Source of the DNA: Candidatus Minusculum obligatum
GTDB taxonomy: Bacteria > Patescibacteriota > Minisyncoccia > Phycocordibacterales > Phycocordibacteraceae
Assembly: GCA_045401155.1 (NCBI GenBank)
Contig: CP174360.1
Span: forward strand, 310,769 to 374,768
Direction: 5' to 3'
DNA: 64,000 nucleotides
Under the pieces are notes generated by a model, which was not told where the DNA came from, did not search any database, and saw only the letters and a list, made by a program, of their open reading frames with translations. Numbering within the stretch: position 1 is the stretch's first letter; every line of letters begins with the position of its first letter. Shown piece after piece: positions 46,375-55,128 of the stretch. A program made the position numbers and the translations under genes.

Positions 46375-47670
46375 ATGAATTCGCGCGAAAAACTTATTGT
46401 AAAAGGATTAAACGGAAGAAAAACTCTAGAAGGTGAAGTAACAATTAATGGGGCAAAAAATGCTGCGCTACCTCTTATGGCAGCAGCAATGCTTGCAGAT
46501 GATCCATTTGAAATAAAGGATCTTCCAAATATTAGGGACGTGATTGCAATGAAAGAACTGCTCTCAGGACTTGGTGCGGAAGTATCTCAAAAGGGGAAAG
46601 TGACATCTATTACACCTGCTAAAAAATCAAAAGGAGAACTTGTGGAAGATGTGGCAAAGCGACTGCGTGCATCAATTATTCTCACAGGTCCAATTCTTTC
46701 TCGATATGGGAAGGTTGTATTCCCGCACCCAGGAGGATGCGTGCTTGGATCACGGCCTATTGACCTGTTTTTGGATGCGTATGAAAAGATGGGGGCAACC
46801 GTAGAACACTCAGGGGAGGCATACATTATTTCTGCTCCAAGAGGAGGACTTAAGGGTGCTGATATTTTCTTTAAGACCATGAGTGTTACGGCAACTGAAG
46901 CGCTCATGTTTGCTGCGGTATTTGCAAAAGGAAAGACGGTGCTACATAACGCTGCAATGGAGCCAGAGATTCCATTCCTTGCAGAGTGTTTAAATGCTGC
47001 AGGAGCTAAGATTGAAGGGGCTGGTACACCAACCATTACTATTACGCCTGTAAAGAAAATAAAGCAAAAGAAAGCTTGTCCTGTGCTCCCGGATCGTATT
47101 GAAGCAGGAAGTTTCCTTATTTTGGGTTCACTCTTGGCAAAGAACTTAACTATTAAAAATGTAGTGCCAGAGCATCTACAGATTGTCACTGAACTTTTGA
47201 AAGAGTCTGGTGTTCCAATTGAAGTTGGAAAAAATAGTATTTCAATTGTAAACAATACAAAACCTAACACTTCATTTAAGGCAATTAGCTTTAGGACACA
47301 TGAGTATCCTGGATTTCCCACAGATCTTCAGGCGCCAATGGTAGTCTTCCTCACACAGGTAAAAGGAGAAAGCACGGTTCTAGAGACAGTGTTTGATAAC
47401 CGGTTTAATTTTGTGCAAGACCTTATTCGTATGGGTGCTCGTGTATCTGTGTGGAATCCACATCAGGTTACGGTCTACGGACCATCTAAATTAAAGGCGC
47501 GAAATCTAACAGGTCCAGATATTCGAGCAGGTCTTGCGTACATTATTGCTGCGCTTCTGGCATCAGGGGTAGGTGAGATTGATAATGTCCATCTTATTGA
47601 TCGAGGATACGCAGATATTGAAGGGCGATTATCTGCACTAGGTGCAAATATTACACGAGTAAATTCATGA
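46375..47670 (+). CDS. murA: UDP-N-acetylglucosamine 1-carboxyvinyltransferase
   Basis: Full-length EPSP-synthase-fold match. N-terminus LIVKGLNGRKTLEGEVTINGAKNAALP. Confidence 0.9.
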   Translation: MNSREKLIVKGLNGRKTLEGEVTINGAKNAALPLMAAAMLADDPFEIKDLPNIRDVIAMKELLSGLGAEVSQKGKVTSITPAKKSKGELVEDVAKRLRASIILTGPILSRYGKVVFPHPGGCVLGSRPIDLFLDAYEKMGATVEHSGEAYIISAPRGGLKGADIFFKTMSVTATEALMFAAVFAKGKTVLHNAAMEPEIPFLAECLNAAGAKIEGAGTPTITITPVKKIKQKKACPVLPDRIEAGSFLILGSLLAKNLTIKNVVPEHLQIVTELLKESGVPIEVGKNSISIVNNTKPNTSFKAISFRTHEYPGFPTDLQAPMVVFLTQVKGESTVLETVFDNRFNFVQDLIRMGARVSVWNPHQVTVYGPSKLKARNLTGPDIRAGLAYIIAALLASGVGEIDNVHLIDRGYADIEGRLSALGANITRVNS

Positions 47671-48680
47671 GCTACTTCTCGCCAAAGTTAGGAATTGATC
47701 TTGGAACCACAAACATTCTTGTGTATGTACCAGGAAAGGGAGTGGTGTTAAATGAGCCATCTGTTGTTGCAGTATCAGAGCAGAGCAATAAGGTGCTTGC
47801 GATTGGTGCTGAGGCAAAGGAAATGATTGGACGTACGCCAGATGATATTGTTGCGTACCGACCAATGAAAGACGGTGTGATTGCTGATTATCGTGTGACT
47901 GAAGCCATGCTCCGATACTACATGCGTAAGGCGCTTGGCCAGTGGAATTTCTTTAAACCAAACGTGATGATCTCAGTTCCCGCAGGTGTCACGGGCACAG
48001 AGCGTCGCGCTGTTGTAGAAGCTGCGGTTCGTGCAGGAGCTAAGAACGCATACGTGGTGAAGGAGCCAATCTTGGCTGCTATTGGTGCAGGTATTCCTAT
48101 TCAAGAGCCATATGGTCACATGATCGTAGATGCTGGCGGAGGAACCATTGATGCCGCCGTAATTTCTCTTGGAGGAATTGTATGTGCTAATTCAGTAAAG
48201 TGTTCTGGAAATAAACTAGATCATGCAATCATCGATTTTTGTAAGAAAAAATATAACCTTGCTATTGGAGATAAGATGGCTGAGATGATAAAGATTAAAA
48301 TAGGCGCTGCGCTTCCTATGCAGGAGCCACTTGTAATGGAGGTTCGAGGTAGAGACCTGGTATCGGGTCTTCCGCGCACGGTGGAGCTCACAACTAATGA
48401 TGTAGTTGAGGCTCTAAGCAAAGAGCTTCGAGAAATGATTCGTGCAATTAGAACGGTGCTTGAGCAAACCCCTCCAGAGCTTGCGTCAGATATTATTGAT
48501 CGGGGAATTATTATGACAGGAGGGACATCACAGCTGCGTAATTTTCCAGAGCTTGTATATAGAAAGACAGGAGTTAAGGCGCGTCTTGCAAGTGATGCGT
48601 ACTACTGTGTGGTGAAGGGGACCGGTATTGCACTTAAACATTTGGATACATATCAAAGAAGTATTATTTCGAAGCGGTAA
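47667..48680 (+). CDS. mreB: Actin-like rod-shape protein MreB, paralog 1
   Basis: LGIDLGTTNILVYV, DAGGGTID. Confidence 0.85.
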   Translation: MSYFSPKLGIDLGTTNILVYVPGKGVVLNEPSVVAVSEQSNKVLAIGAEAKEMIGRTPDDIVAYRPMKDGVIADYRVTEAMLRYYMRKALGQWNFFKPNVMISVPAGVTGTERRAVVEAAVRAGAKNAYVVKEPILAAIGAGIPIQEPYGHMIVDAGGGTIDAAVISLGGIVCANSVKCSGNKLDHAIIDFCKKKYNLAIGDKMAEMIKIKIGAALPMQEPLVMEVRGRDLVSGLPRTVELTTNDVVEALSKELREMIRAIRTVLEQTPPELASDIIDRGIIMTGGTSQLRNFPELVYRKTGVKARLASDAYYCVVKGTGIALKHLDTYQRSIISKR

Positions 48681-48685
48681 AAGGA

Positions 48686-48711
48686 AAAGGGCGGGTCCAA
48701 AGACTCGCCCT
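48686..48711. terminator. Bidirectional terminator
   Basis: aagggcgggtc-caaa-gactcgccctt. Confidence 0.7.
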
Positions 48712-48738
48712 TTCGTATTGCTTTGCTTACGACCTGTT

Positions 48739-49434
48739 TTACCAGGTGCGGCTCACGCTCGCTCCGTAGGTCACGTGATGTGCTTCCGGTCCGGAGGGAT
48801 TGAATCCACCGACAGAAAGCGTGAGTGACCAGTTCTCGAAAGACCGTGTCGTCGAAGCTTCCCATCGTGGAGACGTGTAGTCCGAATCGGTACTGTGCGT
48901 GACGCCCAGAAGCATATTGGTGCTCCAGCTCTCACTGACCGTATGATTCCAGCTCGCGGCGGTGCGCCACAAGTTGGTTTCAATCAGGCCGGTGAGTTGA
49001 TCAGCGCCGAGCATCAGGTTGATGCTGTTGTTGGCGTCGATCTCGATCGTGTCACTCACCGTGGCGCGGAATCGGATGATGTCCGTGCCGGTAAAGTCGA
49101 GGTCGCCGACATTGGGAGTCGGAATATCGAACAACGAGATCGAGGCACTGCAGGAAAGGTTCCCGCACGCGCCTGCCCAGCCGACAGTGTAGTCAACCTC
49201 ACGGCCCTGGACATTTCCATCGAGCGCTTCAGAGCGCCAGTAGTCAAGGAAGAATCCATTCCCGTAGGAGGTAGTGATGCCGCCTTGAAGAACGGGTTCG
49301 TCGTATTGGGTGAAGCCGAACTCCGAGAAGGAGTAATCCGACTTCACACCGACGTAGATCGTGAGTTCTTGAGCGCTCGCTGTCGAGCCAAGAAGCGCAA
49401 CAGCAGCAAGCATGGTAAGGATCGTTTTCATCAC
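48739..49434 (-). CDS. Proteobacterial-type outer-membrane beta-barrel protein (TIGR02001/MipA-like) in GC-rich island 4
   Basis: Signal peptide. LTIYVGVKSDYSFSEF...GFFLDYWRSE. Alternating amphipathic strands, C-terminal W. About 58% GC. Confidence 0.6.
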   Translation of the reverse strand: MMKTILTMLAAVALLGSTASAQELTIYVGVKSDYSFSEFGFTQYDEPVLQGGITTSYGNGFFLDYWRSEALDGNVQGREVDYTVGWAGACGNLSCSASISLFDIPTPNVGDLDFTGTDIIRFRATVSDTIEIDANNSINLMLGADQLTGLIETNLWRTAASWNHTVSESWSTNMLLGVTHSTDSDYTSPRWEASTTRSFENWSLTLSVGGFNPSGPEAHHVTYGASVSRTW

Positions 49435-49516
49435 ATCCCCCTTTCTATATGGTCTGATGAATTGTTAATATTATAACATAAAATACATAAAAATCAATAT
49501 ATAGTAGAATGGTCAT

Positions 49517-50137
49517 ATGCATCACGCACTACTATACATACAGCCTTTTAATACGTGTGAAGAGTGTATTTCTTCACTACAAAAAGAACTTTCTGTAGAT
49601 GCTGCAGATACACGTGTATTTAAGAATGAAAAGTTTTTAGTAGATGATGCACGAGATCTCGTGCGCGCTATTTCAATGACACCAATGGTCGGGGAGAAAA
49701 CTCTTACTGTTGTGGCTGCAGAAAAAATAGATAGAGAGGCACAAAACGCGCTTTTGAAAGTCGCGGAAGAGCCACCAGTATTTGCACACATTGCACTCAT
49801 GCTTCCGAGTGAAGATATGGTGCTTCCCACACTTCTTTCACGGTTTGTGCGTGTAGATAGTAATAATGTAAAGCAAGACCTTTCCTTAGCTAAAGAGTTT
49901 TTGGCAGGATCTACTGCTTCTCGACAGAAATTAACTACAAAGATAGTGAAAGATAAAGATCACGCTGCTGCTAAGAAGCTAATACATGAATGTGAAGTTA
50001 TTTTAGGGAAAAATGTAGAAGAATATAAAGAGCATCTTTCTGATCTTGTGGCATTTCATCAGTATATTGAGCAGCGAGGTGCGAGTATTAAATTTATGCT
50101 TGAGCACATGGCCCTATCTCTTCCACAAGTAAAGTAG
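49517..50137 (+). CDS. holB: DNA polymerase III delta-prime-like protein lacking the N-terminal P-loop module
   Basis: LLKVAEEPPVFAHIAL (delta-prime LLKTLEEPP motif), but no Walker A. Confidence 0.55.
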   Translation: MHHALLYIQPFNTCEECISSLQKELSVDAADTRVFKNEKFLVDDARDLVRAISMTPMVGEKTLTVVAAEKIDREAQNALLKVAEEPPVFAHIALMLPSEDMVLPTLLSRFVRVDSNNVKQDLSLAKEFLAGSTASRQKLTTKIVKDKDHAAAKKLIHECEVILGKNVEEYKEHLSDLVAFHQYIEQRGASIKFMLEHMALSLPQVK

Positions 50138-50159
50138 ATCATGCTACAATCATCTCACT

Positions 50160-50699
50160 ATGGATGAACTCAAAACAAATATTGAAGAGACAAAGAAATG
50201 GCTTGTTAAAGAGCTTTCAGGTGTACGTACAGGGCGTGCAGCTCCGCAGCTCCTTGAGAATGTGCGTGTAGAAGCATATGGAGTAGCAACACCTTTATCA
50301 CAGGTCGCAACAGTTGGTGTAGAAGACGCAAAAACACTCGTAGTATCCCCATGGGATAAAGATCATATTAAGGGTATCGAGAAGGCAATTTCAGATGCTG
50401 ATCTTGGTGTGTCCACACAGGCAGGAGATGTAAGCGTACGTGTGATGTTTCCAGATCTTACACAAGAGCGACGAGACATGTTGCTAAAATTGGTTGGAGA
50501 CCGTCTTGAGCAAGCAAAAGTTACGCTTCGTGGTGCTCGAAATGAGGCGATTGATGTATATGAAAAACAAGAAAAGGACGGAGAGATAAGCGAAGATGCA
50601 CTATTTAAAGCAAAAGAAGATATTCAAAAGCTTATTGAGGCAGGGACTAAGGAGCTTGAGGCATTAGCAGAGAAGAAGCGAGAAGAAGTTAAATCATAA
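50160..50699 (+). CDS. frr: Ribosome recycling factor
   Basis: Full-length RRF match. Confidence 0.9.
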   Translation: MDELKTNIEETKKWLVKELSGVRTGRAAPQLLENVRVEAYGVATPLSQVATVGVEDAKTLVVSPWDKDHIKGIEKAISDADLGVSTQAGDVSVRVMFPDLTQERRDMLLKLVGDRLEQAKVTLRGARNEAIDVYEKQEKDGEISEDALFKAKEDIQKLIEAGTKELEALAEKKREEVKS

Positions 50700-51784
50700 T
50701 GGGAGTCCTACTTTTTATTGTTGTTCTTGTTGCGCTTATTGTTGTTCATGAATTTGGGCACTTTATTGCAGCAAAGATCTCAAAGATGCGTGTTGATGAA
50801 TTTGGTTTGGGATATCCGCCAAAGCTTTTTGGTAAGAAGATAGGAGAGACTGAGTACACGCTAAATGCGCTTCCATTTGGAGGGTTTGTAAAAATCCACG
50901 GAGAAGATATGGATATGGTAGAGGAAGATCATGCGCGTGCATTTGCAAGTCGTCCACGAATTTTACAGGCTTTTGTGCTAATTGCAGGAGTCGCAATGAA
51001 TGTACTTGTTGCATGGATTCTTCTAGTTGGAGTGTTGGCATCAGGAGCTCCTCGTGCACTTACACCAGAGCAGGTTCCATTGGCTGAGAATGTAGCACTC
51101 ACTGTTACATATGTAGTGCCTGGAACTCCAGCAGATGAAGCGGGACTCTCAGCAGGAGACGTACTTACCAATGGGGTATATGGAGAGGTGTCATTCTCTG
51201 GGACAGATGTAGATTCATTTGTGTCATTTGTGGGAGGCGCTGTGGGGGAAGAAGTTTCACTTACATTTTTAAGAAATGGAGAAGAACAAATGATTTCAAT
51301 TGTTCCTGAAGAGGGAATTGTAGAGGGGCAAGGTGCTGTTGGCGTGGGGCTCGCACAGATTGGAGAAATATCAGTGCCGTTACAGCAAACATTTGTTGAA
51401 TCATTTGTAGTTACGGGGACGCTTCTAAAAGACATTACGATCGGTATTGTTACGTTCTTGTATCAGGCATTTACATTCTCTGCGGACTTCTCTCAAGTTG
51501 CAGGGCCAGTTGGTATTGCAGGAGTGGTAGCTGATGCGGGAGAGAATGGCATCATTCCACTTCTTTCGCTTACCGCGCTTATTTCTCTTAATCTTGCAGT
51601 GATTAATATGCTTCCAGTGCCAGCACTTGATGGGGGGCGGCTGCTGTTTGTTGCAATCGAGTCTATTATAAGGCGGCCTCTTCCAAAACAGTTTGCGCAG
51701 ACTGCAAATGCAATTGGATTTTTATTGCTCATTCTTTTGATGATTGTGGTTACGGTAAGTGATATAGGAAAGCTTTTGGGGTAA
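50699..51784 (+). CDS. rseP: RIP site-2 metalloprotease RseP
   Basis: HEFGHF (HExxH), PDZ domain, C-terminal LDGG. Confidence 0.85.
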   Translation: MGVLLFIVVLVALIVVHEFGHFIAAKISKMRVDEFGLGYPPKLFGKKIGETEYTLNALPFGGFVKIHGEDMDMVEEDHARAFASRPRILQAFVLIAGVAMNVLVAWILLVGVLASGAPRALTPEQVPLAENVALTVTYVVPGTPADEAGLSAGDVLTNGVYGEVSFSGTDVDSFVSFVGGAVGEEVSLTFLRNGEEQMISIVPEEGIVEGQGAVGVGLAQIGEISVPLQQTFVESFVVTGTLLKDITIGIVTFLYQAFTFSADFSQVAGPVGIAGVVADAGENGIIPLLSLTALISLNLAVINMLPVPALDGGRLLFVAIESIIRRPLPKQFAQTANAIGFLLLILLMIVVTVSDIGKLLG

Positions 51785-51832
51785 ATAATAGGTATTTGCT
51801 CATATATCTTTACTCCCATATAATGAGTGCTA

Positions 51833-53068
51833 ATGCGACAAAGTACTCTAATTTCAAAGACACGTAAGGAAGCCCCAAAAGACGAGGAAGCAAAGAATGC
51901 ACAGCTACTTATTCGTGCAGGATATGTACACAAGGAGATGGCGGGAGCGTACACCTTCTTACCTCTAGGGTGGCGCGTACTACAAAATATTGAGCGGATT
52001 ATCCGTGAAGAAATGGATAAGGTTGGTGGACAGGAACTACACCTTACTGCACTTCAAAATAAAGAGATTTGGGAAGAGAGTAATCGGTGGAGTGATGAAG
52101 TTGTTGATGTGTGGTTTAAGGCACAGCTTAAGGCAGGTGGTGAGGTTGGGTTTGCGCCAACGCATGAGGAGCCGCTTACAAATCTTCTGACAGATCACAT
52201 TTCAAGCTACAAGGATCTTCCTCGGTACGCGTATCAAATTCAAACAAAGTTTAGAAACGAACTTCGCGCAAAGAGTGGATTGCTTCGTGGACGAGAGTTT
52301 CGAATGAAAGACCTTTATTCATTCTCAAAGAATGAAGAAGAGCATGAAGTTTTTTATGAAAAGATGAAAGAAGCGTATATGAATGTATTCACGCGTCTTG
52401 GTATTGGAGACCGTACGTTTATTACCTTTGCGTCAGGAGGAAGTTTTGCAGAGTTCTCACATGAGTTTCAGATGGTTACAGAGGCTGGAGAGGATACCAT
52501 CTACCTAGATGAAGATAAGAAGGTTGCGGTAAATGATGAAGTGTATACAGATGAGGTGCTTGAGAAGCTTTCTCTTTCTAAAGATTCACTAAAGGAGGTG
52601 CGGGCATCTGAGGTTGGAAATATCTTTTCTCTAGGAACTCGTTTTTCTTTACCACTTAAGCTTATGTATAAGGATGAAAGTGGAGAAGCAAAGCCTGTTG
52701 TGATGGGTTCATACGGCATTGGCTCATCTCGTCTTGTGGGAGCTATTGCAGAGGCATTGGGGGATGAGAAGGGGCTTGTGTGGCCAAAGGAGATTTCTCC
52801 ATTTGATATCCATCTTGTACAGCTACAAGATGAAGTCTCTGCGGAAGCTGAGAAAATGTACAATACGCTTATCGAAAAAGGATACAGTGTGCTTTGGGAT
52901 GATAGGGATAAGGGTGCTGGAGAGAAGTTCGCAGATGCTGATCTTATTGGTATCAGTAAGCGTGTTGTGGTGAGTAAGCGAGGAGTCGAAAATGGGGTGT
53001 ATGAGGTTGTAGATCGAGTTACGGGAGAAACTGCCGAAATGAAAGAGGAGGAAGTATGGACTATTTAA
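51833..53068 (+). CDS. proS: Prolyl-tRNA synthetase, reduced form without INS editing domain
   Basis: Class II core motifs. About 410 aa. Confidence 0.8.
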   Translation: MRQSTLISKTRKEAPKDEEAKNAQLLIRAGYVHKEMAGAYTFLPLGWRVLQNIERIIREEMDKVGGQELHLTALQNKEIWEESNRWSDEVVDVWFKAQLKAGGEVGFAPTHEEPLTNLLTDHISSYKDLPRYAYQIQTKFRNELRAKSGLLRGREFRMKDLYSFSKNEEEHEVFYEKMKEAYMNVFTRLGIGDRTFITFASGGSFAEFSHEFQMVTEAGEDTIYLDEDKKVAVNDEVYTDEVLEKLSLSKDSLKEVRASEVGNIFSLGTRFSLPLKLMYKDESGEAKPVVMGSYGIGSSRLVGAIAEALGDEKGLVWPKEISPFDIHLVQLQDEVSAEAEKMYNTLIEKGYSVLWDDRDKGAGEKFADADLIGISKRVVVSKRGVENGVYEVVDRVTGETAEMKEEEVWTI

Positions 53069-54117
53069 AAAAAGCATTTAACGGACTGTTTGGAAACGAC
53101 ATTGGAATAGACTTGGGTACTGCAAACACCTTGGTATATGTTCGTGGTAAGGGGATTTTAATAAATGAACCATCTGTAGTTGCAGTAAATGAGAAGACCG
53201 GGCAGGTGGTAGCAGTTGGTGTTGAGGCGCGTAATATGATCGGGCGCACACCGCCACATATTAAGGCTATTAGACCATTGCAAGATGGTGTTATTTCAGA
53301 CTTTGAGGTGGCAGAAGAAATGCTTGCATATTTTATTGATAAGGCACAAGGAGATGGTCGGAGACTCTTTGGTCCACGTGTGGTAATTGGTATTCCATCT
53401 GGCATTACCAATGTGGAGAGTCGTGCGGTACGTGATGCTGCAATTAATGCGGGTGCACGAGAAGTGCATATTGTAGAGGAGCCGATGGCAGGAGCAATTG
53501 GCGCAAAGCTTCCTATACGAGATCCTGTTGGAACCATGGTGATTGATATTGGTGGAGGAACCACAGACATTGCCATGATTTCTCTTGGAGGGATTGTTGC
53601 CTCAAAGCAAAGCACAATTGCAGGAGATACATTTAATCGAGATATTGTCGATTACATTCGAGATGAGTTTAAGATGATCATAGGAGACAAGACTGCTGAA
53701 GATCTTAAAGTAAAGGTTACAAGTCTTGTTCCTACAGAAGAAGCGCTTTCTATGACTGTTCGTGGGCGAGATATTTTGACTGGACTTCCACGGGAAGTAG
53801 TTATTACGGATACGCACATTAGGAGCGCGCTCGGGCCTTCTATTGAGAGCTTGATGGAGGTGATTCGAGAAGTGGTGGAGGTAACGCCTCCTGAGGTGTT
53901 GGGGGATATTATGCAGCGCGGGGCCTATGTGTTTGGGGGTGGCGCGTGTGTACGCGGGCTTCCAAAGATGTTGCAGAGTGTGCTTGGCGTGCCCGTGCAT
54001 GTTGTTGAGGAGCCACTTACTGCGGTAGTACGAGGTACTGGTATCATTACAGAGAACGTAAAAGAGTATAAGGATATTGTATTAGCACATGAAGAAGACT
54101 TGGCGCCGAAAACATAG
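53056..54117 (+). CDS. mreB: MreB, paralog 2
   Basis: IGIDLGTANTLVYV. Followed by mreC and mreD. Confidence 0.85.
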   Translation: MDYLKKAFNGLFGNDIGIDLGTANTLVYVRGKGILINEPSVVAVNEKTGQVVAVGVEARNMIGRTPPHIKAIRPLQDGVISDFEVAEEMLAYFIDKAQGDGRRLFGPRVVIGIPSGITNVESRAVRDAAINAGAREVHIVEEPMAGAIGAKLPIRDPVGTMVIDIGGGTTDIAMISLGGIVASKQSTIAGDTFNRDIVDYIRDEFKMIIGDKTAEDLKVKVTSLVPTEEALSMTVRGRDILTGLPREVVITDTHIRSALGPSIESLMEVIREVVEVTPPEVLGDIMQRGAYVFGGGACVRGLPKMLQSVLGVPVHVVEEPLTAVVRGTGIITENVKEYKDIVLAHEEDLAPKT

Positions 54118-54883
54118 TCCAATTTCTATCCCGCCGTTTTTTATAATTACGGGATTAGTATTTTTAATAGGATGGGGGACTGTCTCAGCTCTTTCTCATA
54201 CACGACCAGGCTTTTTGGAAAGTATTTTTGCAAAAAGTACGGTGGTGCAAACAAGTACCGCAAGTGCAAGTCAAAGCTTCTTTTCTTTTTTTAAAGACAA
54301 AAGTGATTTAGAAGCAAAAATTAAACGTTTAGAAGATAACGAATTGGCATTGCAATTGCAGCTACAAATTAGTTCATATACAGAAGAAGAGAACAAAGAC
54401 CTTCGAGAGCTTCTAGGGTATCAAAAGGATGATGGAGTGCTTGGAAGCGTGCTTGCGTGGCCACCAAAGACAGCGTATGACACGCTATTGCTTGAGGTTG
54501 GCAAGCCTGTATCTGTTGGAGATTTAGTATTGGGACGAGGAGTTGCGCCTATTGGTACGATAGAGCGTATAGAAGGGTCATATGCGTATGTGCGCCTATT
54601 TACGCACGGAGGTGCAGAAGTACAGGTACGCGTGGGTTCTGAGTACATTCCACTTACTATGGTTGGAATGGGTGGGGGTGCTGCGGTTATTAATGCACCT
54701 AAAGATATTAGTGTGACCACGGGAGATTCTGTATTTTTCCCATATAGTGGAAATACAATTATGGGACGAGTGGGTGCAATTGAAACAGATTCACAATCAC
54801 CAAATCAAAAGCTGTGGTTAGCATTTCCAAAGCACTTTTATGCATATACGTGGGTGAGTGTAGTTCCATATCAAAATATATGA
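54089..54883 (+). CDS. mreC: Rod shape-determining protein MreC
   Basis: TM helix, coiled coil, beta domains. Position after mreB. Confidence 0.7.
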   Translation: MKKTWRRKHSPISIPPFFIITGLVFLIGWGTVSALSHTRPGFLESIFAKSTVVQTSTASASQSFFSFFKDKSDLEAKIKRLEDNELALQLQLQISSYTEEENKDLRELLGYQKDDGVLGSVLAWPPKTAYDTLLLEVGKPVSVGDLVLGRGVAPIGTIERIEGSYAYVRLFTHGGAEVQVRVGSEYIPLTMVGMGGGAAVINAPKDISVTTGDSVFFPYSGNTIMGRVGAIETDSQSPNQKLWLAFPKHFYAYTWVSVVPYQNI

Positions 54884-55122
54884 AGTATGTAGGGGCAGGT
54901 GTTGTAATGGCATTAGGATTTCTTTTTTTGCCATGGTGGGCAACTTATCTTTTAGGAGTGCTCATGCTTATTTTTGTACCAGGCTATGTGCCTCTTGTAT
55001 TTATTATTCTTTTAGATTTTTTCTCATTGCCGCAAGAATTCCCGTACGCATCAGTTATATTTCTAATCTTTATGGGGGTAGGTTACGTCATTAAGGACAG
55101 AATGTTTGATGGTGTAGTATAG
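54880..55122 (+). CDS. mreD: MreD-like small membrane protein
   Basis: ATGA start/stop coupling with mreC. 3 TM helices. Start at 54880, not ORF-track 54814. Confidence 0.55.
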   Translation: MKYVGAGVVMALGFLFLPWWATYLLGVLMLIFVPGYVPLVFIILLDFFSLPQEFPYASVIFLIFMGVGYVIKDRMFDGVV

Positions 55123-55128
55123 GAGTGT

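Noticed and set aside
46587-47321. 244-aa minus-strand ORF
   Set aside because: Antisense within murA, with no independent support.
53061-53615. 184-aa minus-strand ORF
   Set aside because: Antisense within the second mreB.
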